Shown here one piece after another: positions 37,828 to 44,393 of a stretch of DNA of 44,393 nt. The first letter of the stretch is position 1, and every line of letters begins with the position of its first letter. The notes under the pieces were generated by a model. The model made no database searches. It saw nothing but the letters and a program-made list of their open reading frames with translations, and was not told the DNA's origin. The position numbers and the translations under genes were made by a program. This DNA comes from Acidobacteriota bacterium. Its GTDB lineage: Bacteria; Acidobacteriota; Terriglobia; Terriglobales; Acidobacteriaceae. Where the stretch lies: assembly GCA_021827845.1 (NCBI GenBank), contig JAKAUB010000207.1, positions 1 through 44,393 of the forward strand. Direction: 5' to 3'.

Positions 37828-38694
37828 CTATAACACGCGATGAAAGGTGCGGCGCCAGCGTGTCTGATCAAAGAAATGCAGGATGATGTGGCCGATGAAG
37901 CCCGCGCGGTCAGAGAGCGAGGTTTTGTCGATCTGGTCATCCGGCGTAATGAACGACCAGTAGACAAACATCGGCCGGCCGATGATGTTCTGCCGCGGAA
38001 CAAAGCCCCAGTAGCGGCTGTCCAGAGAGACCAGCCGGTTGTCGCCCATCGCGAAATACTTGCCCGTCGGCACGACCAGGTTACCGTTCTGGATGTGTGA
38101 CGGCAGTTCCACGCTCCAGGTGCTGGTGACGTCAGAATCTGCTGGCGGCGCAACAGCGGGGAAGTCGTCACGGTAGGGGTAGTATGCGTCGTTCGGATTT
38201 CCGTCATCGACCGGCACTGTGGCAAAGGGCTGGTTCTGCGCCACGCCGTTCAGATACACAATGCCGTGTTCCAGGTGAATGCGGTCGCCCGGAATGCCGA
38301 CGACGCGTTTGACCAGAAAGAGGTCGGGTTCCCCGGGCTTGTAGAAGACGATGATGTCGCCGCGGCGGATATTGCGGTAGTGCACGAACGGCGCCCAGTG
38401 AGCGGGCGGCGCAAAGGTAATGCGATCAACCAGCACGTGATCGCCGATGAGCAGTGTCTTTTCCATCGACGAGCTGGGAATCTCAAAGTTCTGGAAAACA
38501 AACGTGATAACGAAGAGGCCGATGACCAGAACGGAGCAGATGGAGGCGATGAACTCCAGCGCGGTTTCATCGCGAGGTTCTGAACCCTTGTTCCGCGCGG
38601 GCCGATCTGCGGGCAATGCCTTCTCCGGAGCCTGAATTAGCGAATGATGTGGAGGATGCGGTTCCAGCGGGCGGTGCCGGCCAGGCTGCTCCAC
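37828..38694 (-). CDS. lepB: signal peptidase I (second of two tandem paralogs)
   Basis: Box B is IPSSSMEKTLLIGDHVLV (catalytic Ser), box D is VKRVVGIPGDRI (catalytic Lys), and box E is GDNRLVSLDSRYWGFVP. The ATG at 38694 overlaps the upstream lepB by 58 nt, and no other ATG is available. Confidence 0.85.
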   Translation of the reverse strand: MEQPGRHRPLEPHPPHHSLIQAPEKALPADRPARNKGSEPRDETALEFIASICSVLVIGLFVITFVFQNFEIPSSSMEKTLLIGDHVLVDRITFAPPAHWAPFVHYRNIRRGDIIVFYKPGEPDLFLVKRVVGIPGDRIHLEHGIVYLNGVAQNQPFATVPVDDGNPNDAYYPYRDDFPAVAPPADSDVTSTWSVELPSHIQNGNLVVPTGKYFAMGDNRLVSLDSRYWGFVPRQNIIGRPMFVYWSFITPDDQIDKTSLSDRAGFIGHIILHFFDQTRWRRTFHRVL

Positions 38695-39470
38695 CAGGAT
38701 CGCCCGTCGCCCAGTTTACCATTCTGCGGCAGCGCCAGTTCTTCGGGGTCCTGCGACACGATGGAGAAGTAAACCAGAAAAGGCTGGCCCACAATATTTG
38801 GCCGCGGGACGAACCCCCAGAAGCGGCTATCGAGGCTGTCATTGCGGTTATCGCCCAGCACGAAGTAGCGGTGCGGGGGAACGATCAGCTCGCCATTTGC
38901 GGAATCGCGCTGCAGTTCCCGCCACCAGCGGATGCTGACGCCGGGATCGGTGTAGGCGTCCGGGGGAAATTCCTGACTGAACGGGCTGGGGAAGGACTGC
39001 TGATAGACAGCGAATGGTTCCGTCTGCGGATGCTCGTCCACATACAGCACACCGTTATGGATTTGCACACGGTCGCCGGGCGTTGCGACGACGCGTTTGA
39101 CGAGTTGCAGCGAGGTGTCCACGGGATCGTGAAAGACGATGATGGCGTCGCGCCGCACCGGCTCATAAGCCAGCAGGTGCCGCCAGGGCCCGGGATTTGC
39201 AAAAATCGCCTTGTTCACCAGCAGAAAGTCGCCCACCAGCAGAGTGTTTTCCATGGAGGCCGACGGAATCCGATACGGCTGCACGATGAAGGTCAGGACG
39301 AATAATGCGCCCACCAGAAAGGTAAGCGTGGTCTGCGCCATCAAAAGAACTTCGTGGTGATGGACGATCTTCTCGCGATAGGGCGCCGGTTGCTGCAGCG
39401 GCTCGATGAAAGGCGCGGGAGAAGCGTCTGCAGCGGGTGGAGACGGCGGCGCTGCCGATGGTTCGCTCAT
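38637..39470 (-). CDS. lepB: signal peptidase I (first of two tandem paralogs)
   Basis: Motifs are IPSASMENTLLVGDFLLV, VKRVVATPGDRV and GDNRNDSLDSRFWGFVP. The ATG at 39470 overlaps the rnc stop in an ATGA. The ORF-track start at 39602 lies inside rnc. Confidence 0.85.
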   Translation of the reverse strand: MSEPSAAPPSPPAADASPAPFIEPLQQPAPYREKIVHHHEVLLMAQTTLTFLVGALFVLTFIVQPYRIPSASMENTLLVGDFLLVNKAIFANPGPWRHLLAYEPVRRDAIIVFHDPVDTSLQLVKRVVATPGDRVQIHNGVLYVDEHPQTEPFAVYQQSFPSPFSQEFPPDAYTDPGVSIRWWRELQRDSANGELIVPPHRYFVLGDNRNDSLDSRFWGFVPRPNIVGQPFLVYFSIVSQDPEELALPQNGKLGDGRSWWSSLAGTARWNRILHIIR

Positions 39471-40246
39471 GCAGTCGCCTCCGGTTCCGCGGTCTCCTGT
39501 GCCAGCCGGGCGAGTGCCTGACGGGCCGCCTGCTGCTCGGCAGACTTCTTGCGCGTCCCCTCGCCCGTGGCCAGCGAGCGGCGGCTGCCCGCTGCATCGC
39601 AAGTTGTGACTTCGACCACAAAGCGGCGGTCATGCGCCGGCCCATCTTCAAGGATTGTGCGGTAGATCGGATGCCCGAGTCCGTGGCGCTGCAGATGCTC
39701 CTGCAGGGTCGATTTGAAGTCTTCGGTCTCGCCGAGGAGGACAGCCTCCGCCATCCGGTCGATCTCCGGGCCGAGCACAAGACGCTTCACCGCGGCTACG
39801 GCCGGCTCCAGGCCGCCGTCGAGGTAGATTGCCGCGATCAGCGCCTCCAGCGCATCGGCCAGTAAGGCAGATTTGGCCCGTCCGCCGCTGCGTTCCTCCC
39901 CTTTGCCCAGCCGCAGAAATTCACCCAGTGCGATGGACTGAGCGACGCGGAGAAGGTTGTCGCGGCTGACGATCTGGGCGCGCAGGCGGGTCAGGCCGCC
40001 TTCCGCCAGCGCCTGAAACCGGCGAAAGATGTATTCGGTGACGGCCAGAGACAGCACGGCATCGCCGAGGAATTCCATCCGCTCATTGTCGGCAGGCCGG
40101 TCGCCGCCATCGGTTTGCTCATAGGCAACGGAGCTGTGCGTAAGCGCAAGCTCCATCAGTCCGCAGTCGCGGAAAGCATAGCCGATGCGTGCCTCAAGCG
40201 CACCCTGGCCGCGTACCGATGTTTTCGCGTCTGCCTCAATGGCCAT
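39467..40246 (-). CDS. rnc: ribonuclease III
   Basis: The RNase III signature NERMEFLGDAVL is present, with ALIAAIYLDGG and a C-terminal dsRBD (FKSTLQEHLQRHGLGHPIYRTILEDGPAHDRRFVVEV). I prefer the ATG at 40246 (AGGAA 5 nt upstream); the alternative is the ATG at 40279. Confidence 0.92.
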   Translation of the reverse strand: MAIEADAKTSVRGQGALEARIGYAFRDCGLMELALTHSSVAYEQTDGGDRPADNERMEFLGDAVLSLAVTEYIFRRFQALAEGGLTRLRAQIVSRDNLLRVAQSIALGEFLRLGKGEERSGGRAKSALLADALEALIAAIYLDGGLEPAVAAVKRLVLGPEIDRMAEAVLLGETEDFKSTLQEHLQRHGLGHPIYRTILEDGPAHDRRFVVEVTTCDAAGSRRSLATGEGTRKKSAEQQAARQALARLAQETAEPEATA

Positions 40247-42011
40247 CCGATTCCTGCTGGCTGGCGTGCGGCGGTGCAAAAGGAGCTTTCAGGCCGGATT
40301 CCGCAGCCTGCCGGGTGTCGGGCTTTCCGTCGCGGCTCTGCATCGCTGCCTGATACTGCGCAATGGCCGCATCGCGGTTGCCCTGAAGATCGTCCAGGCG
40401 GCCCAGATATATGTGCGACCAGGCGATTGTGCGCAGATCATGCGCGGTCTTCGCGGCCGTTTCAAAATCCTGCCGCGCGGCACTGGCGTGGCCGCTCATA
40501 ATCTCCGCCCGCGCCAGCAGAAACTCGGCGCGGCCCTGCCCTTCACCATGCGCGGCCAGCACCTGCTGCGCCGCCGCCATGGCGCCATTCACATCCCCGG
40601 CGAGCAGCTTTTTCTCGCCGTCATCCAGCATCGCCAGCGTCTTGGGGGGCGCCTCGGTTGTGCCCTCATCGGACTTTGCCGCAAAGACGATGTCCTGCAC
40701 GCGATGCTTCTCAACATCGACGTTCATGCCGTAGATCATCTCGCCGACGATCTCCTGCAGCGTCGTCTGGTTATCTGGGAAGGATCGCAGATGATTGTAA
40801 AAATACTGCGTCAGGATAAAGCCCTGCTCCATGTCCGAGCGGACCGCATTATGCCGGGCGTCTCTCACCTTGCGTTCATAGGCGTTCTCTGCCGAGTTGA
40901 CGGCGGCCAGCTGGCTGCGGTCAATATGCGCCGGAATCTTGTACACCGGCACACCTGTATCCATGGTGTGCGCTTCAATCGCACGGATCATGCATTCAGT
41001 GACCAGTGAAAGAATGTCGCTCTTGTACTGATAAGCAAGCGGCGAAGGCTGCACCAGCTCCAGGATCGGAGTGAGCGCGTCGATGGATGTGGAGCGCGCG
41101 TAGATCAGGGGCTCCAGAATAAAGCGGAGGTAGGTGTGCTTGACCGGCTTCAGATCGATTTTGCCGTTAACGACGGACTCCACCACGATGTAGTCGCCAC
41201 CATAGACACGCGCATTGGTCTCGCCGGGCGCAATCAGCGGCTCGACGATTACTAGAAACCGGCGGCTGCCGTAGGTCGGCGGCGGCTGCTTTAGGTACAG
41301 ATCCGTCTGCACCAGCATCTGGTTCAGGGCGGTGTGCGCTTTGGCGACCTCTGCCTCATACGCATCGCGATTGATGACCCAGATGACGTGGAGCTGGGCG
41401 GTGCTGGCAAAGTCCCGCAGATACCCGGGAAAGTCGAGAAGCGTTCCCGCGTCGGGGGGCAAATCTTTTTTGGGTGCGTTCGGCTTCAGTTCCGGAGGTG
41501 GAGTGAGAAACAGCGCCAGCGAGATGAACGAAGCGACCGTAAGATCTTCGCTGTTCATGGAGTGCTGGTGGATATAGCCGCACATGCGGTCGCGGCTGGT
41601 GCGTGCGGCCTCCGACTTCAGCAGCGACTGATCGATGTCATCGCGGACCTTTTGCCGAAGGGGGTCGGACTCCGCCAATCCCTGATCGTAACCGCAGGCG
41701 TTCAATGCGGCCATCACGTCAAACATGGTCTCACTGGACGCAATCGATGTGGCCGGGCCGCTGGGATCAATGGCCGTGGGCGTCGCTTGTGGCGCCGCGG
41801 CTTGCACGGAGTGAACCTCGCCGGTGGAAGAGGTCGAGTTGGTCCCGCTGCTGGAGGAGTTCGATTGCGACTGCGCGCACAGGATAGAGGCTGCAAGGAA
41901 CAGGGTTGCCGTGGAACCTCGAACGCCGCGCCGGAATGCCAGGGAGATCCGCATAGATAGGAGTGGTGGCCGGGACAGACCCAGTCTATGATTCGCCCGA
42001 TGCAGGGTCAA
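40236..42011 (-). CDS. secreted hypothetical protein with C-terminal TPR repeats
   Basis: The signal peptide is MRISLAFRRGVRGSTATLFLAASILCAQS, giving an alternative start ATG at 41954. A Ser/Thr-rich linker and a large unassigned domain follow. The C-terminus has TPR-like repeats (AEFLLARAEIMSGHASAARQDFETAAK...AWSHIYLGRLDDLQGNRDAAIAQYQAAMQ). Confidence 0.6.
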   Translation of the reverse strand: MTLHRANHRLGLSRPPLLSMRISLAFRRGVRGSTATLFLAASILCAQSQSNSSSSGTNSTSSTGEVHSVQAAAPQATPTAIDPSGPATSIASSETMFDVMAALNACGYDQGLAESDPLRQKVRDDIDQSLLKSEAARTSRDRMCGYIHQHSMNSEDLTVASFISLALFLTPPPELKPNAPKKDLPPDAGTLLDFPGYLRDFASTAQLHVIWVINRDAYEAEVAKAHTALNQMLVQTDLYLKQPPPTYGSRRFLVIVEPLIAPGETNARVYGGDYIVVESVVNGKIDLKPVKHTYLRFILEPLIYARSTSIDALTPILELVQPSPLAYQYKSDILSLVTECMIRAIEAHTMDTGVPVYKIPAHIDRSQLAAVNSAENAYERKVRDARHNAVRSDMEQGFILTQYFYNHLRSFPDNQTTLQEIVGEMIYGMNVDVEKHRVQDIVFAAKSDEGTTEAPPKTLAMLDDGEKKLLAGDVNGAMAAAQQVLAAHGEGQGRAEFLLARAEIMSGHASAARQDFETAAKTAHDLRTIAWSHIYLGRLDDLQGNRDAAIAQYQAAMQSRDGKPDTRQAAESGLKAPFAPPHASQQESDGH

Positions 42012-42043
42012 ACCTGGCCGGCTGCCGCTGCCGAAATGCGGGG

Positions 42044-43807
42044 TCAGGACTCGCGCAACTCGCGGTCAAGCTGCAGCTTCTCGGCCATCAGTTCGCGGAT
42101 GGTCTCGGCATCGCCGCGGGCCTCGGCGTCAGCCAGCCGCCGCCGCAGATCGCGCTGGCGGCGCTCCATCTGACGGATTCGCAGACTGGCCAATGCCTGC
42201 TCCAGGTCGCCCAGCGAGACCTCGGCGGGACCCGCCAGCAGCGCGGCGGCCAGTAAGTGGCGGCTTTGCTCGTCGGGCGCAGCCATCATGGGGTCATCCG
42301 TCGGCTGGCGGTTCGCCAGGGCGGCCATCAGATCGGTTGTCGCCAGGCCTTCAAACAGCCAGGGCTCGCGCCTGTGGCGCTCGGTGGCCGCGGCAAACGC
42401 CGCGCCAGTATGGCACATTGCGCGCAGAATCAGCTTCTCTGCCTCGCTGACCATGGGCGCCACGTTGGCTGCGGGCCGTACTGTGCTGCGCCGTGCGCCG
42501 GCTGCTTGCTTCAGCTCCTGCCGCAACAGGGCCGAGTCGATGCCCAGCTTCTGCGCGGCGTCGGCGGCAAACTCATCGCGGGCGATGCGGTTGGGCATGT
42601 GCTGCATGTGCGGCAGCAGAAAATTCAGCGCCTTTACCTTGGCATCCGCGGTGACCGGGGGGTGCAGCATGCGCGCGCGCTCAATCAGGTAGTCGCTGTG
42701 GCGGCGGGCAGCGCGCAGTTCCGCAATGTATGCCTGCACGCCGCGCTCCCGCACAAAGCGATCGGGGTCCAGTCCGCCCTCCAGCGTGACGACTTTGACG
42801 CTGAAACCTTCCTCGATGAGCAGTGCGATGGATTTTTCTGCTGCATTGGCGCCGGCAGTGTCCGGATCGAAGTTCACCACGACCTGCCGTGTGTGCCGTG
42901 CCAGCAGGCGCACCTGCGCCTCAGTAAATGCGGTGCCGCTAGTCGCAATCACGTTGGTCACGCCCGCCATGTAGACGGAGATGCAGTCCATCTGGCCTTC
43001 CACCAGCAATGCAAATTCAAACTGCCGGATGGCCGCCTTGGCTTTGTCGAGATTGAAGAGAACCTGGCCTTTCACATAAAGCGGCGTCTCCGGGGAGTTC
43101 AGATATTTCGGCCCGGACTTTTCATCGCTGTCGAGCGCCCGCGCGGTGAAGGCGATGGTTCGGCCACCTTCATTGCGGATGGGAAACATGATGCGTTTGC
43201 GAAAGCGGGCATAGAGTGCGCCCGAGCCGCCTTCGGCCTGCTCCTTGGCGGAGAACAATCCGCTGGCGCGGAGCACCTCCGGCGCAAACCGTTCCTGAAA
43301 GCGGTCGCGCATGGTGGAGAAGGAATCTGGCGCGTAGCCGAGGTTGAAGGCGGTGATGGCATCGGCCGTCGTCCCGCGGCCGGTGAGATATTCCCGCGCC
43401 CGCGCGGCCTCCGGAGACTGCAGTTGCTCGGCGAAATATTGCGCTGCCTGCTCGTGCAGCTCCAGCAGCTTGCCGCGCAGGCGTGCGGATTCGGCCTCCT
43501 CCGGCGAAGAGAATTCACGCTTTGGCAGCGGGATGCCGCACTTTTGCGCGACCATACGCACGGCTTCTGGGAAGCCTACGTTTTCCATCTTCTGGATGAA
43601 GGTGAACACATCGCCAGACTGGCCGCAACCAAAGCAGTGGAAGAACTGCTGCGCCGCCTGCACGTTGAAAGAGGGTGACTTTTCTTTATGGAATGGGCAT
43701 AGCCCCTTGAAACTGTGCGCACCGGCTTTCGAGAGCCGGACATAGTCCCCGACGATGCGGACGATGTCCGCCTGCTGCTTCACGGATTGGCTGAAGCCGT
43801 CGGCCAT
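42044..43807 (-). CDS. dnaG: DNA primase
   Basis: The zinc-ribbon CPFHKEKSPSFNVQAAQQFFHCFGCGQSGD is present, followed by the RNA-polymerase core, a TOPRIM domain (LLVEGQMDCISVYMAG...NFDPDTAG) and a C-terminal helicase-interaction domain. Confidence 0.95.
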   Translation of the reverse strand: MADGFSQSVKQQADIVRIVGDYVRLSKAGAHSFKGLCPFHKEKSPSFNVQAAQQFFHCFGCGQSGDVFTFIQKMENVGFPEAVRMVAQKCGIPLPKREFSSPEEAESARLRGKLLELHEQAAQYFAEQLQSPEAARAREYLTGRGTTADAITAFNLGYAPDSFSTMRDRFQERFAPEVLRASGLFSAKEQAEGGSGALYARFRKRIMFPIRNEGGRTIAFTARALDSDEKSGPKYLNSPETPLYVKGQVLFNLDKAKAAIRQFEFALLVEGQMDCISVYMAGVTNVIATSGTAFTEAQVRLLARHTRQVVVNFDPDTAGANAAEKSIALLIEEGFSVKVVTLEGGLDPDRFVRERGVQAYIAELRAARRHSDYLIERARMLHPPVTADAKVKALNFLLPHMQHMPNRIARDEFAADAAQKLGIDSALLRQELKQAAGARRSTVRPAANVAPMVSEAEKLILRAMCHTGAAFAAATERHRREPWLFEGLATTDLMAALANRQPTDDPMMAAPDEQSRHLLAAALLAGPAEVSLGDLEQALASLRIRQMERRQRDLRRRLADAEARGDAETIRELMAEKLQLDRELRES

Positions 43808-43897
43808 GGCGCTGGAAAGGCCAGTCTACGGCAGAAGACACCCCAGCGAATTTTCCGGCGGAGCCACGCCGTGGAGGGCCTATCATAGAAGACAAAC

Positions 43898-44393
43898 ATG
43901 CTGATTCGTTACGGAGAAGAGCGGGACCACCGCACCGACCGGCGTCTTGCGTGCAGCCTGGCCGCCATTGCGGGAGCTTTGAATACGGCTGCGTTCCACG
44001 CGGTTGGCTTTTTCTCCGCCAATATGACCGGCAACGTCTCCTCATTGTCAGACCATATTGCGCTGGGAAATGTGCTGAAGGGCGCGTTTTTCTTAGGCAT
44101 CGTCCTCATTTTCATCTTCGGGTCAACCCTTTCCACGCTGCTGATCAACGCCGGGCGGCGGCGGCAGATCGACGGGATTTACGCCTTCAGCATTCTTACG
44201 GAGGCGATTCTGCTGGGATTGCTGGGATGGATGGATCCGCGGTTGTCCGCTACCGCCCGTGGTCCTGTCATGATCCTGGGCCTGAGCTTTCTGATGGGTT
44301 TGCAAAATGCAGTAGTGACGCGCATCTCAGAAGCGCGCGTCCGCACTACTCACGTCTCGGGCATGTCCACCGATATTGGCATTGAGATTGGAA
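43898..44393 (+). CDS. YoaK/DUF1275-family membrane protein; 3' end truncated by the window edge
   Basis: This frame is not in the ORF track because it runs off the window. It reads ATG 43898 MLIRYGEERDHRTDRRLACSLAAIAGALNTAAFHAVGFFSANMTGNVSSL...LMGLQNAVVTRISEARVRTTHVSGMSTDIGIEIG. The SANMTGN and GxQNA motifs are characteristic of DUF1275. Confidence 0.7.
   Translation, partial: MLIRYGEERDHRTDRRLACSLAAIAGALNTAAFHAVGFFSANMTGNVSSLSDHIALGNVLKGAFFLGIVLIFIFGSTLSTLLINAGRRRQIDGIYAFSILTEAILLGLLGWMDPRLSATARGPVMILGLSFLMGLQNAVVTRISEARVRTTHVSGMSTDIGIEIG

Noticed and set aside
42257-43678. A 473-aa plus-strand ORF opposite dnaG.
   Set aside because: The reasoning is the same as above. dnaG on the minus strand has unambiguous zinc-ribbon and TOPRIM motifs, and the antisense product has none.
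43951-44385. The ORF-track 144-aa ORF at the right edge of the window.
   Set aside because: It is out of frame with the convincing YoaK/DUF1275 reading frame that starts at 43898 and runs off the window. Its translation is Arg/His-rich nonsense.

Overview
This is a 44.4 kb high-GC bacterial chromosomal window, mostly core genes. Gene content suggests an Acidobacteriota (Acidobacteriaceae-like) genome: VWFA-related paralogs of the Acidobacteria-restricted family, AsmA/TonB/RND envelope genes, and a GTCATCCTGAGCGAAG-type palindromic intergenic repeat. That taxonomic call is inference only.

Layout:
1. 1-4.4 kb: tightly coupled glucose / oxidative pentose-phosphate operon gnd-zwf-pgl-glk with an appended CopC-like gene.
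2. 4.4-7.2 kb: GH3 beta-glucosidase with a PA14 insert, then tRNA-Glu(CUC).
3. 7.2-13.5 kb: compositionally mosaic accessory stretch. It holds a secreted esterase with aberrant C-ending codon usage, a low-GC spacer with a decayed gene relic, a 588-aa secreted protein of unknown function, and an arylsulfotransferase-family lipoprotein.
4. 13.6-21.6 kb: small basic protein, a permease-first RND efflux operon (RND-MFP-OMF) with a 3' GntR regulator and an unknown ORF, then tatA.
5. 21.6-24.6 kb: orphan triple-PAS histidine kinase divergent from ppk2.
6. 24.8-30.7 kb: head-to-head module, EamA transporter <- VWFA-like | VWFA-like -> two tandemly duplicated GT4 glycosyltransferases.
7. 30.7-44.4 kb: housekeeping genes rpsT, miaA, TonB-like, mog, YqaA-like, AsmA-like, lepB x2, rnc, TPR protein, dnaG, and a partial YoaK/DUF1275 gene.

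I found no rRNA, CRISPR array, intact transposase or integrase, prophage, or recognisable defence or toxin-antitoxin genes. The best candidates for something undescribed are the VWFA/GT4/DMT divergent module and the tRNA-proximal mosaic segment. Both are of moderate interest only, and nothing here compels the call of a novel system.
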